64,000 nucleotides of DNA from Camelus ferus (GCF_009834535.1 NC_045697.1:43526001-43590000), one strand, 5' to 3'. Shown: positions 11,330-23,929, counted from the stretch's first letter. Translations and numbers: made by a program. The notes: generated by a model not told the origin, from the sequence alone.

Positions 11330-12880
11330 AGTAACATAACTATCATTTCATATTTAACAAAGTTCCAGTCAATTAAATAATGCATTAATAATAAAGAAAA
11401 AAAATACAAGGAGAGATAAGAGATTGCTATTCAGGCTACACAAGTACATAGCCCAGAAAATCCAAGAGAATCAAACTGTTAGAATTAGTTCTAAAAGCTA
11501 ATAAAAGTGGTAATACAAGATAAAGTTACAGGAATTACATGTTTTCTTTATGACTAGAAAACCACTTTGAAAATATATTTTAAAATCTCATGCATAATTA
11601 TAAAAAGAGATAAAAATAAAGTATCTATGAAAACAAAAAATAAATTGCAAGTTTAATATGAAAAATCTAGGAAGATTTTACCAAGGTTTTTTAAAAGGTT
11701 TGAATAAGTAAAGAGATACGACATTTCTGTATATTAATGAAATTCTGATTAAAATATCAATCAGATGTTTTCTAACTTAAAAAAGTCTATATTAATGTGG
11801 AAGAATGGAGGAGGAAAATCTCATTTTAAAAATAAGCACCATGAACCAACAGTCCCATCAAATATTAAAACAAACTGTAAAGTTATAATGAATAAATCAG
11901 TATGGTACTGACTTGAGGGTTGTTACATGGATCAATTGAAAATAATAAAGCTATGACATACAATGAGAACTACTTCATCAATCAGGAACAAAAGATAGCT
12001 TTTTAAATAACTAGTGCTGCTGAGAGATGTCAATTGTTTCAGAAAAAGTCTAGATCAATTCATATTGTGTCCATAAAGCAATTCCAGACCAATTCAATAG
12101 CTAAATGGATCAAATCATCAGAAGTCAGAAAAAAATGAAGATGGTATTTCTTTAATACCTTTAGGAGGAAAGAATTTCTAGAAGTGAAAGAAATGAAAGA
12201 AAGCATAAAGGAAAAGATAGTTGAAATTAAAATGTTTTGTGTTTTTATAATGCAAAATTAGAAATAATCTGAATGTCAAAAAAAGAAAATTAAAAAGCTA
12301 ACAAGAACCTGAGAAAAATATTTGGAGTAAATATTACAGAAAATAGGTTAATGCCTTTGAAAAACAAAAAGTTCACAACAAATTGATAAAAAATAATTTT
12401 AAGATCATAGTAAATGAGCGAATAACACTAATAGATAATTCATTTTTTAAAGGAAATAAAATAGAATAACATATTTGAAAAACAAATTTTACTAATAATC
12501 AAAAATAAAACTAAAATGCTACACCATTTTTGCCTGCTACTTTAACAATTACTTTAAAATAAGAAAGTCTAATGTTTATGAAATTACAGTGAAATGGGTA
12601 CTTTCAAAGGTGAAAGTGTAAATTGGTCCAGCATTTCTGGAAAGAAAGTTGGTAATATGAATGAAGAGCCTATTATATGCTCTTACTCTTTGATCCTCTA
12701 ATTTCACTTTTGGAATAAACATTAACAAAATAATCCAAATTAAGGAGATTAATATTTTAAGTCTTAGAGCATGAAAGTGTTATCTAATAATTTTATATAA
12801 CATATAAATGTTTAATAAAAGAATATCAAGCATACAGTGGAGTGGTAATTACAATGAGATTTTAAATGTATAGGAACTAT
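11330..12880 (+). mobile_element. Highly degenerate L1ME ORF2 3' half
   Basis: A-rich sense strand with L1 landmarks 'agaaaatccaagagaatcaa', 'cagtatggtactgac', 'aattccaga', 'gtgtaaattggtccagcatttctggaaa'. Confidence 0.75.
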
Positions 12881-12881
12881 G

Positions 12882-13285
12882 AATTATGGATGAATTGTTT
12901 CCCCTCCAAAATTTATACATTGAAGCCATAACTCCCAATACATTAGAATGTGACTGTATTTGGAGATAGGGCCTATAAAGAGGTGATTAAGGTAAAATGA
13001 GGCCATTAGGTTGGGTCTTAATCCAATCTGACTGGTGTATTTTTAAGAGGCAATTAAGACACACAAAAAAGGGACACCAGGATATGTGTGCACAGAGGGA
13101 CAGACTATGTGAAGTGGTTGAAGGTGGCCTTAAAAAGTCAAAGAGAGAGGCCTCAGAGGAAACCAACCCTACCAGTACCTTGATCTTGGACTTCCAGCCT
13201 CCAGAGCTGTAAAAAAATACATTTTCATTGTTCAAGCCATCCAGTCTGTGATATTTTGTTATGGCAGCTCTAGCAAGCTAATACA
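12882..13285 (+). mobile_element. MLT1B-like MaLR solo LTR
   Basis: 'gaatgtgactgtatttggagatagggcctataaagaggtgattaagg...accttgatcttggacttccagcctccagagctgt...ttgttatggcagctctagcaagctaataca'; imperfect 5-bp TSD ctatg (12877-12881) / atatg (13286-13290). Confidence 0.92.
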
Positions 13286-13289
13286 ATAT

Positions 13290-13540
13290 GCTATAATATT
13301 AGAAGGAAAAAGAAGAATATACATTTGTACATACATTTGTACATTTGGGATTTCATATGTTTAAAATTTTTCCTGAATAAAAGACTGAAAGGAAATATAT
13401 ACCATAATGACAAATGGTTGTTGCCTCTAGTGGTAGAATTATGAGTCAATATTTTTACTCTTCTTTATACTATACCTAATTTTCAAATGTTCTGTAGTGA
13501 GCCTATACTGCTACTGAAATTAAGGGGGAAATTATTTTTA
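13290..13540 (+). mobile_element. L1ME 3' end (continuation of the element split by MLT1B)
   Basis: 'aaaagactgaaaggaaatatataccataatgacaaatggttgttgcctctagtggtagaattatgag'. Confidence 0.75.
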
Positions 13541-13627
13541 AATGAAAGTCAACTGTATAAATAAATAAAAGATGATAGGAAAACTCGGACCCAATAGGAA
13601 AATCCTTCACAAAAGATACAAGGATTA

Positions 13628-13957
13628 ATGAATCTTAAGGACGTTATGCTAAGTGAAGCAAGCCAGTCCCGAAAATACAATTATTACATAATTCTGTATG
13701 AGATATCTAAAGTAGTCCAACTCATAGAAACAGGAAGTAGAATGGTTACTGGGAGCTGGGGAAAGGGGGAAATGGGGAGATGGTGTGCAATGCACTTAGA
13801 GTTTCAGTTTTGCAAAATGAAGACATTCTAAAAATCTGTTGCACAAGAATGTGAATATAATTAACACAACTGAATTTAACACTTTAATTAGTTAAAATGG
13901 TAAATTTAACTTTATACATTTTTTATCACAATTGAAAATTAAAATAAATTTTAAAAT
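13628..13957 (+). mobile_element. L1MB-type 3' end with target-site duplication
   Basis: 'atgaatcttaaggacgttatgctaagtgaagcaagccagtc...agagtttcagttttgcaaaatgaag...gttaaaatggtaaattt'; TSD aaaagatacaaggatta (13611-13627) / aaaagacacaagaatta (13958-13974). Confidence 0.9.
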
Positions 13958-14034
13958 AAAAGACACAAGAATTAGAGTTGACTAAAGCTCAATGAGTCAA
14001 CACTTTGACTTTATCATGAGAAAGTTGATATTCT

Positions 14035-14270
14035 ATTTTTGGTATTTTTATCAAAGGAATCAATGCACATGGTTACAATGCCAAATAGAACATAAGGACT
14101 TGTGATTAAAAGCTGCCTCCCCTACTCCATTCTAGTTTTGATTGTGCTTCCTGTTCTCTTCGTTATCATAGAGTTTATATGCCTTTTATCCTCTTGCTTT
14201 CATGGGAGCTACAGAAGGAGAGAAAAGAAATGAGCATGTACAATCTGCTGTCTTGAATTAGTAGTCCATT
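14035..14270 (-). mobile_element. L1ME/HAL1-like remnant(s)
   Basis: Left part resembles an antisense L1ME 3' end ('aatgcacatggttacaatgccaaatagaac'). Right part resembles an antisense 5' end ('tacaatctgctgtcttgaattagtagtcc'). Confidence 0.45.
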
Positions 14271-14400
14271 TCCATCTTAAGCTGTGCTCAAAAGTGTAAT
14301 ATCCAAATAAGGAGATAGTGGTATTACTCTTAAGAGAATGCCTTTTAATGCTAGATCAGATTTCGAGTTTTAGTTCTTGCATTCTAATAGATATATAATG
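14271..14400 (+). mobile_element. L3/CR1 continuation
   Basis: 'atcttaagctgtgctcaaaagtgtaatatccaaataaggagatagtgg...gctagatcaga' is collinear with the L3 pieces at 10590-11265, ~13545-13627 and ~13975-14020. Confidence 0.55.
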
Positions 14401-14402
14401 TA

Positions 14403-14820
14403 GAAGTAAGCCAGAAAGGGAAAGAAAAATACCATATAATATCACTCGTATGTGGAATCTGAAAAAAAAAAGACAAATGAACTTATATATAAAACAGAAA
14501 CAGATTCACAGACATAGAACACAGACTTGTGGTTGCCGGGGGAGGGCGGTGGGAAGGGATAAACTAGGAGTTCGAGATTTCCAGATACTGACTGATATGT
14601 ATAAAATAGATAAACAAGTTTATACTGTATAGCACAGGGAAATATATTCAATATCTTGTAGTAGCTTATGGTGAAAAAGAATGTGAAAATGAATATATGC
14701 ACATTCAGGTATGACTAAAGAACTGTGCTGTACGCCAGAAATTGACACAACATTGTAAACTGACTATACTTCAATTTTAAAAAATAGAAAGAAATCCAAG
14801 AAAAAAAAACAGAAAAAAAA
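14403..14820 (+). mobile_element. Young lineage-specific (cetartiodactyl/camelid-type) L1 3' end with A-rich tail
   Basis: 'gaagtaagccagaaagggaaagaaaaataccatataatatcactcgtatgtggaatct...tactgtatagcacagggaaatatattcaatatcttgtag...ccagaaattgacacaacattgtaaactgactatacttcaat'. Confidence 0.9.
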
Positions 14821-14964
14821 TGTTGGTGAACTTAAAAAATTAATGAATTGAAATAAGCTTTTCTACCTGCTGCTTTTCTGGAAGTCCACTTATTCTTATT
14901 TAAAACAAAAACATAGCAGCAACTAGGAACTATTCCAAATTCCCCTTTGACATCATATATACCA

Positions 14965-15410
14965 CAAAATACACCAGATTTAGAGCCAAAAGATCTAAGT
15001 TCAAGATCCTACTCTGCCTCTAACACCATGATTTTGAGCAAATCAGTTAATCTCTCAAGATCTTCTTTTGCTTCAATTCTTTCAAAATATCATTTTCAAA
15101 AAGCTAAAAGCATGACTGCCATACAAATATATAATGAACACATGTCAAAGTTTTGTTTAGCTCATTAATGAGAGAACCAGCAGGAAGAACCTACCTACCC
15201 AGGAGAGTTAATCTCATTAAACACTGTGACATGAAAAGGACACATGGCCATCTTTTTGCCTATCTCCAAATTTTGAAAAATTTTCTTAGCATCTGAATAT
15301 TAAGAATAATAATGTCTACCTTCCAGTTGCTATGAGACTTTTAAGAGAAAGTACATGGAAGTACTTTGCTCTGAAAAGCATTATCCAAATATAAAATATT
15401 GTTATCATTA
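14965..15410 (+). mobile_element. MIR SINE split by a ~215-bp insertion (~15075-15290)
   Basis: Head 'tttagagccaaaagatctaagttcaagatcctactctgcc' and resumption 'catctgaatattaagaataataatgtctacc...tattgttatcatt'. Confidence 0.7.
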
Positions 15411-15419
15411 CCAATGGCT

Positions 15420-15920
15420 TTCTAATTGCATCACCCTCTACTAAATACTTTCAACCTGCTCACTGCCTTTCCAGCTCCTTAAGTTTCCCCAAACTCATCC
15501 ACTAGCCATAAGCCAGTCAGTAACTTGAACATTGTCTTTACTTTTCTTTATTTCTCATCACCTCCAATGTCTTATCAACCACCAAGCCTTGTGTATTGAC
15601 CTCCTAAATATCTCCCATTTGTTGATTTATCTCCTACTTAACTTTCAAGGCTCCACTTAAATGCCACATCTCCAGGTTTTCTTTCCTAATCTCCAGGAGG
15701 CAGAAGCCCATCCCTTTACCTGTTTGATCCCATGACATCCTGTATTTCCCCATTCCTTGAACATCACATTACACAAATAAATATTTTAATTTTTTTTTTG
15801 TTTGCATCCCCCTCTTCTTGAAGGGATGCCTCCTTTACTGTCTTGTCCAGCATTTATATCACAGGACTTAGCATATTATAGGAGCTCAATAAATATTTAA
15901 ATGTATAGATGGAATGAAAA
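15420..15920 (+). mobile_element. L2 3' region
   Basis: 'ttcaaggctccacttaaatgccacatctccagg' and terminus 'ataggagctcaataaatattt...ggaatgaa'. Confidence 0.8.
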
Positions 15921-16094
15921 TGATTCATCTACCAGAATAAAGTACATATTTTTAAAAAGAAAAATTTATCATAAATGGATATAAGAAAAAGAAAATCATA
16001 GTTCAGGAAAGAAGGGACGTTAAGGAAAATAAAGGAAGCTGACATATTCATAAAATTTGAGAGTTGCAAAGAGCTCAGAAATCATGTCAGTTCC

Positions 16095-16210
16095 CCTACT
16101 CATCTTACACGTGAGGGATCCAAAAAGTTAAGCAATTTGCCCCAAACCTCACAAATTATTGGCAAAGCAAGGAGACCAGTCTTGGTCTCCCGATTCCCTG
16201 CAATACCACC
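16095..16210 (-). mobile_element. MIR fragment
   Basis: 'ctcatcttacacgtgaggg...agttaagcaatttgccccaaacctcaca'. Confidence 0.6.
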
Positions 16211-18199
16211 ATGCAATGAATGTCTGCAGGGGAGAGGAGCGGTGAGGAGGGGAGAGGGGAACAAACCGAGACACTTCTTTACTCAAGGCTGTAGCGAGAG
16301 TGCTGGCACCCAGTCACTTGTTCTCCACACAGGTTTCAAGGTAATAATACGAACTAGAGAGACAACGTGCTGATCCACAGTTCCCTGGGCCCACGCCCAT
16401 TCATCTTACAGCTGAGTAACAATGTCTCCCTTTGAGACCATGCTGTCATTTTCCGAGGAGTCCCTGAATACTTCCAACAGTCTTGTGGGAAATGGAGGCT
16501 TAAGAGTTGCTTTTCCATAGAAGATACAGAGTGGCTAATTTCCTTCTCTTCTCCCCCACAGACCCATTTCAAACTCATCCATCAGCTCTCAGGAAAGTAC
16601 AATACATGAAACAACAAGAATAAAAGCCTTTATATTAAATTCCTTGTGGGTGAACTTTGCAGATAAAGCAGAACAATCTGATCTTAGCAAGTTAAATGGT
16701 TTGCAAATCACAATGTGCTGCACCCTTCAGATGCATCCTTATGTAAAATAAATCACCTAGTATTATCATAGCAGTATTTGCAAGTACAGTGGAGTGAGAG
16801 GGGTCTGCTTCAGAAAAATTCATATATGAATTTATACCAGAGGTCTCAGCCATTTGGCAAGAGACAACTAATGTTTCATTTACGTAAATCCATAATAGCT
16901 TTGTAGGAATACTGAGACAAGGGAAAGGGGGACTAGAACATAAAGGAAGAGAAGAATAAAAAATGTTGTCATTGAGTTGCTGAGTATGTAAGAATCAGAC
17001 AAGGAGAGAAAGGAGGTGTCTTGTCACTCACTTGTAAAAATCATAGTAAGCTTTATAGAAAGATCATCGGATGGATTAAGGTTATAAGATATTCTGGTTG
17101 ATATTGATCTGTTGATTGCAGATTACATATATATTTGCACACATTATACAGTTGCATGTATGTAAATATACATAAGCATTTGTGTTTATACACAAACATA
17201 CATAAAGGTTGTACTTGCTAAATAAGCCAACAAAAAATGTTAACAGTTTACTGTTGGTTGGACATCTGTCTTCACATGATGATTTGATCCTACCGTATAT
17301 TTTCCCATCACTAGTATATGTTTGAAAACAACTTGCAAGGGTTAGAACCTCACCTTGCATTTAAGAGACGAACATGAAGTAAATTGTACAATATTAAATC
17401 TACAATTGGTACCTGGTTGGTTGTGGCATGGGTGTGTGTGCATGTGCACACACATAAACTAACTTACACTGCTTCGAATAAATGAAGGCAGCATTTACTA
17501 CAAAAATTATCTGCCTAATAACAATCTCACTACTCTATCGGTGCCGAGGTAGATTATACTCCCAAATGCAATATTATTATTAATATTAGGGGAGGTTTTT
17601 AAAATTTTGAGGCCAATTGAAAAAAAAGTTAGTTTTTTCATTATATATTGTAATAACAACAGCCACCATTTAATAAATGTTTCCTTCTAAACCATGCTTT
17701 ACACAAAGCTCTATTACAACAACACAGGCATGAGCCTTACAGAGGATAAGTTAGTAATGTCATCTTTATTTAAAAAGACAGTGTGTATATTACTGACTTT
17801 AAAACACAGTGATCACACATGAAAAATTCCCCCAGTGCTGATAAGACCAAGGTTGATTTATTTTACTTATGCCTGTAACTGAAAAGTGCAGCACATTGCA
17901 ATTTGCAAATCATTTAATATACCAACTTCAGATTGCTCTACTCTTATTGCAAAGTTTAATCAGATAGTATATATTAGAAAAAAATTATTCACCAGAGTTT
18001 TTATGTCATATTCTCTTAAAATCTAGAGGGAAAAAGTGAATGTTTTTTTAAATAGGAGTTGAAAAATTAACTTAATTGAGATGGCAATATTTTTCAGACA
18101 AATAATTCAGGATTAACAACACTTATTCTAGAAGACAAAGAGGCTTCTGGAAGGCTGTAAGCTCTGTATCTCATGGGGAATCTGAACTCACTGAAGGTC

Positions 18200-18628
18200 A
18201 GTCAATAGTATAGGCAGTCAAGAAGAAAAGCTGGATGCAAACTGGGGGAAAGCAAGGCAAACTGGAAACTGCACCTGCCCCTCACGTCACCTAAACCAAT
18301 AATGAAGGTGACTTACTGTCCACCGTTGAGCTGCACAGGGGCCTGGCCTACAATTCAGGGAGGCGGAAGTTGCTGATACAACCAAAGCAGGAGGAGCCGG
18401 GGGCCCAGCTGCCACCCCCAACAGGGACGTGAGCCAGAGATCAGCCATGTGCACAGCACCTTCAGCACATCAGCAACACTGTGGCCAACCTGCCACCTGC
18501 ACTGGCTACCACCCTGCCAGCTCTCCCCCAGCCCTTTCTCCTGGTCAGCCCTAATCCAGAGCCACAAGGGGAAGGGAATTCTGGGAGACATAGCTCCAGC
18601 TTAGCTAAATTGACACAGTGCAAAACTA
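18200..18628 (-). mobile_element. Ancient ERVL-class solo LTR (LTR33/LTR41-like)
   Basis: Ends 'ggaagggaattctgggagacatagctccagcttagctaaattgacaca', characteristic of the antisense 5' end of these LTRs; GC-richer than its flanks. Confidence 0.6.
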
Positions 18629-19889
18629 ACTCTTTGAATTAATGAGGATTTTTTTCTCCATCTCAGTTTTTCTTTCCTTCCCATGATATCCTTCTGCTAA
18701 TTATGAACCACATCACTGAGACATTTGGCAATAGACCTTTGTGTGCAGATAAAGTCAATGATCTGCATTTCCAAATCCCAAAAGAGATGAAAAAAATAAA
18801 TAAAAATAATATATTTTCCTTTTGGTTCATGATTCTACTGCATTTAGCCCAAAAAATATGTTTCTCTAATAAAAAAGATAAGCTATGCATCATCTTATAA
18901 CCTTGGAAACTCTACCAAGAGCAAATGCACCTTCATATTCCCAAAGCAAAAGAAGAGATAGAAAGCATTAGGTTTGGATCAGTGAAGAAATCAGTTTAAA
19001 TCATTATCTTTACCCTTACAATTAAAAAATCCATCTGCTTTTATATACAGTTATTTACTGTAACGTAACTTCATTAGTGTAAAAGATATTATTTCATGTT
19101 AAACGTTGAGGTCTTTTAAATACAAAAGACTCAAAAGTAGACGACAGCTTCTTTTTTCGAACACATTAAACCCTTATCTCTATTTGATTTTTCAAAATTG
19201 TGAGGCACAAATCGTCCAGAGCAGAACACTCTGAGTCTCTTTTCTAGCCTGTAAAGTCAACAGTTATGGTGCTAAAGTTTAATCAATCCCATAAAATGTT
19301 ACTCAGAAAGTGACCTGGTGTTATGCCTGAAGTACATCTCCTACATTAAAAAGCACTTTCAATGCAGCCAGAACAGCATTATTGAAAGAGATAACTAATA
19401 GATACCTGGATGAGGATGGAGGAAAGGGGAGGGGTGGGGAGAGGAAAAGTCAAATGGGAGAGAAGGCCACGAAAATCCCATTTTCCAGCATTTCCCTAAG
19501 GAGATGTGGTTGCACAGATGAATGCCCAGGTTGAACAATAAAAGTCTTTTATATTATTTCAAGCAGAGAGCTCCATGAATTTCACAGTGAAACCAGACAC
19601 TGTGTATTCTCCTGGCACAAACTGGAGATGCCAACACATGAAGCAGGAGGAGTGCCTGAATGGAGGTCACTAGTACAAGTGCCTATTGTGGAAATTTCAG
19701 CACTGCTCACACCAATTACTTTTTTTTTTCTTCCTTTTTTTTAAACAAATAAGGCTTTATTCAATAGTCATTAAACAGACCAGACATAGACCTTCTTTAG
19801 GGCTGAAATCACACACACTCACTATATGTGTGGACAATGTTTGTTGGTCTGAAAAAGTATGCATGCATAGGAACTTAAAATGTGTTAGA

Positions 19890-20090
19890 TTTTGAAAATG
19901 CAAATGTAGAAAAGTAAAATTAATTCAAATTCTACCATTTGGGAGGGTGATAAAACACAATAATATATAATAAAACATGCAAGTGCTTCCATTTCCCAGA
20001 TATTCAATTCTATCCCCAAGAGGTAACCTCTGTGGTCAGTGGATGTTTGACCTTCGAGGTGTTTTTCTACACTTTTACAATTAAATGCAA
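19890..20090 (-). mobile_element. L1ME 3' end fragment
   Basis: 'ccccaagaggtaacctctgtggtcagtggatgtttgaccttcgaggtgtttttctacac'. Confidence 0.55.
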
Positions 20091-22799
20091 CCAGTATGTC
20101 TTCCCCTGCCCGTGAATGAAAACTCAAGTGGGCCCCGTGACTCTTCTAGTCCCTCTTAGGTAATAACAGCCACACCTATGGTCACATTAAGATCCTAACA
20201 AGAAGAGGCTCAGTATGTATTTAACGTGTCTAAGCCAGGTAGTAATCAAAGCTTCATCCCTGATGAAGCTCTCAAGCTTCCAGCTCTCTCCTACAGCTGT
20301 CTGTCCACTGAAGTTCAAGCTCTCTCCTGCAGCTATGTGGCTGCTGCTCAGACTATCATCAGACAGGACAGCTGGGTTTGGGGAAGAGAGTAAGATTGAT
20401 TTCTTCTCTCTTTCACCATCTCGTATTTCTACTCATCCTTCTGCACTGTCTGACCCCTCAAGCATTACTATGTCAGGAGAAGGGAGACAGACACCTCTTG
20501 TTTATTGTTGTAAGCTGACTTTGGACTTCCTGGGCCTTCAGGAATCTAAAACCAGTCCCTCTTCCACCTGTACTGTGGTGGCCTTCTCATCTGTAGTTCC
20601 TCCTAATGTTTGTAAAAGCAGCTCTTTTCTTGCCGGCCGTGACTTCCTTCTCAGCCCCAGGAATCCAGCTGTACCTGCAGCCTTTCTCTTCTGTGATCTG
20701 ACTGCTCTTTGGGCAGCCTCTGAGTGCTCCATCTGTGCGTCTGTCTGTCTGTCGCTCTCATGCATGCCCGATACTCATTTCACGGGAAACACACACGGGT
20801 CTTCTACCCACCAACTACAGGACTGAGGGCAGCCAAAGAGACCACCTTCCCTTTGGTTTTGCTAGCAGCTGTCCCCCACTCTTTCCATTTCTCAGATGGA
20901 AGTCAGACTCCAGTCCACCCTGCCCCTACTTACAGGCCACACATACAATAATTTCCAGGGGCCTCACAGATACCCCTCTCACCAAGCTCACGGTGAAGAC
21001 AGGTACTCCACAACCCCCATTCTAGAAAAAAGGGAGGGGGGGAACTTAGCATATCAGTGGGTCTCCCCAAATATCTTCCTCAAAAATCTACCATCAATTT
21101 TCATTTCCCTGAATTTTGTATATCCTCAAGGTATAGAGAGGTTTAACAACCATCCATCTGATTTTCAGCCTATTTTTGTAACTCCTACAGGATGGCTGGT
21201 TTCACCAGTCACTTTTTTTTAAAGTAAAGTTCTTCAGTAGTATCCATTTAATTGGTTTATTTGTTGCTTCACCAATCACTTTAATATCAGATATCTATCA
21301 GTTTAGAGTCTTGGTTGAAACTCATATTTCAACATCATTTTATACATCTACATGGATGTGTATGCACATTCATGAATGTGTGCATATAGCATTGATACAA
21401 ATTAAATTATGTACTATATTTATATCCCAAGTTTACAGAATGTTTAGGCAATGGGTATTCTGGCTAATCTGAAAATTCTTATCATTTTGAACACAGTTGT
21501 TAAAATATGTGTTATAATTATTTAAATTATTGGATTCAAATAAAGTGACTCCTTACATATGTTTTTGATTCATCTGTTTCTTTTTAAATTGAGTATAAAC
21601 TGGGAATATCCAGTTAATTCAGAGCAGAAATTAGCCAGGGTCCAGTTAACATAGATTTTGCTCTACTCCTCTGTTTTTAAACTTTTCCTCTTCCTTTTTC
21701 TAAATGTATCAAGTGTATTTCCTTTGTTACAAGAAAGCAGCGGCAAACTGCAGAGCAGGGTCTGATCCACTCTGAAGAAAGCCTCTCCCCAACATTTGAG
21801 TTTTCTGAAACTCTACACAAGAAGGACAAAATATTCTCCTAACTTTTAAGAAACTCTGTCTATTGCTGTTTTCATCACAGAAGATAACTTTAGTTCTCCT
21901 AAATAAATAAATAAATTCTGAGTTTTTCAACTTCTTATAGTGCGCTCACTTGCTGTTCTTAATACAAAGGACCAGCAACTCCCCTCCTACAACCCCAGGA
22001 ACAGAAGGGATGGTGGCAGCCGACAGAATATTCTGCTCAAGAATGTTTTCAGGCATCCTAAAGGAAACATTCTCCAACCAAGCCTGTTTCGTTATGTATT
22101 CAATAACCATATGTTCGTTTCCATGTAGATAATGTGCAGCATAATAGACACCTGCAAGGATTCGAGGAGAAGGCAATTATTGACTCAGGGGGCTTTTCCT
22201 GATTAGACTCTGAATGGCTCAGACATGGCCAGAACTCCAATTGGGCATTATTAAAAGTTTGCTTTGAATCTCGGATATTTGTTCTTTTGTGCATAACTAG
22301 CTTCTAAAAAGCACACACACCACCTCCCATGTTCAACGGATGTTACAATTAGTTATGATCCAAAACCACAATGTCATTTTACATTTTGAATAGACCTCAC
22401 TGAACTTGCTCCCAAATGAATACTTTTCACACATGAAATCATAACTTTAATTCAAAATAAATCCTCTGAGACATTTAAAGGGCAGTAAATATGAGTCTAG
22501 TGAATGGATACATGGAAAATATGAACAAAGCAGTCCTACAATGCAGGTGGATAAAAAAAACCTGAAAAGTAAAATGAGAAAATACATTCCTGGGCAATTC
22601 TTCTGCCCCAGAGGGAAAAAAAGAAAAAAGGAAAGTTAATCAACAAAAATAATCTCATTAATTGTTATAGAAAACTCTAGCTTATCTGTTTCTCACAAAA
22701 GCCTGTGTAGTGGGTGGAGGTAGAGGATAATTAATCACAGATAAAGCTACTGAGGTTTGGAGAGCTTATCTTTTCCCTAAGGTCATATAAGTACTAAGA

Positions 22800-23075
22800 C
22801 TTGTTCATTCAACATATATTTAAGTGCCAGGCCCCTAGAATTAAAATAATGTGATAGAATAGAGATTGACAAGATAACAGCTGTATATTGAGTGATCAGT
22901 GAAGGCCTATCTAGAGTGCAGACATATAAGCTGAGAGCAAAAACAGAGAGGGTCAGCCAAGAGAGGGCAGCAGGAAAAGCACACCAGGGAGAAGCCATGA
23001 TCGCAGAGGCCCTGGGGTGGAACAGAGCTGGTAGGCTCAGGAACAAAAAGAAAGCTAGTGGGCTGGAAAGACTGA
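22800..23075 (-). mobile_element. L2 3' end
   Basis: 'ttgttcattcaacatatatttaagtgccaggccc...gatcagtgaaggcctatctagag...ataagctgagagc...gcagaggccctggggtggaacagagctgg'. Confidence 0.8.
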
Positions 23076-23084
23076 ATAAGGAGT

Positions 23085-23236
23085 TCTGGGGTGCGGACCC
23101 CAATGATCCCCGTCTGGCATCCATACCCTCAACCAGTCCTCTCCCACACTGTACCAGAGTAGTTCTGTATGGCCAATGGAATACAGCACAAATGATGGTA
23201 TATCATTCCTAAGATTAGGGTATAAAACACTGCAAC

Positions 23237-23273
<37 letters not shown>

Positions 23274-23545
23274 ATCATTCACTCTGGGGGAAGCCAGCTG
23301 TCATCTCATGAGATCACCCAGGCAACCTACAGCCCACTTGTCAAGGAATGAAGGCCTACCAATAACAGGTGAGTGAGCTTGGCAGTGTAGCTTTCAGCCC
23401 CTGTCAAGACCAACATAACTGCAGCCTGGCTGACATCTTGACCAAACTCGAATGACCCAGTTTAGCTGCTCTTGGATTCCTGACTCACAGAAGCTGAGGT
23501 AATAAATGTTTGTTGTTTCAAGTCCAATTCAAGCTGCTAAGTCCA
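23085..23545 (+). mobile_element. MLT1F-like MaLR LTR
   Basis: 'cccaatgatccccgtctgg...cactctgggggaagccagctgtcat...actgcagcctggctgacatcttgac...ggattcctgactcacagaagctgaggtaataaatgtttgttgtttcaag'. Confidence 0.88.
23242..23271. repeat. (TC)15 microsatellite inside MLT1F
   Basis: Seen directly. Confidence 0.95.
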
Positions 23546-23929
23546 ACCTCAGTTCACAGGTCCTTGTTAACAACCATCCTGTAACTACTCCTGGGGATGA
23601 GGGGAAGCTACACCGGCTGTGGTCAGCGTACAGGAAAATGGATGAGAGAAGAGGCCAGCAGAAATCCTGGATGTAGGTTAAGGACTCTTTGGGCAGGAAT
23701 CCCAGGATCCCATGTACCTGGTGCATGGTCTAGAAGACAAAGCATGGCCCTTTGTGGGCATAACCATTGATTCTGCAGACTCTTTACTCCATTGAGGGAG
23801 ATAGAGCTGGAGAAAAGACTTCCACAGTGTGAGGCCTTGGGGAGGGGCCCTCATGCCTGGGTTAGAGCACAGAATTGCAGAATTCCTCCCAAACAAGTGA
23901 AAACGGTGATTTAGCATAAGGTTTTTACG

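Noticed and set aside
12987..14702. Several 60-86 aa ORFs
   Set aside because: They lie within MLT1B and L1 3' UTR sequence, so they are repeat-derived chance ORFs.
16816..16833. Perfect 18-bp palindrome aaattcatatatgaattt (similar ones at 4813-4831 and near 21365-21380)
   Set aside because: AT-rich palindromes of this length are expected by chance in 64 kb, and there is no supporting context.
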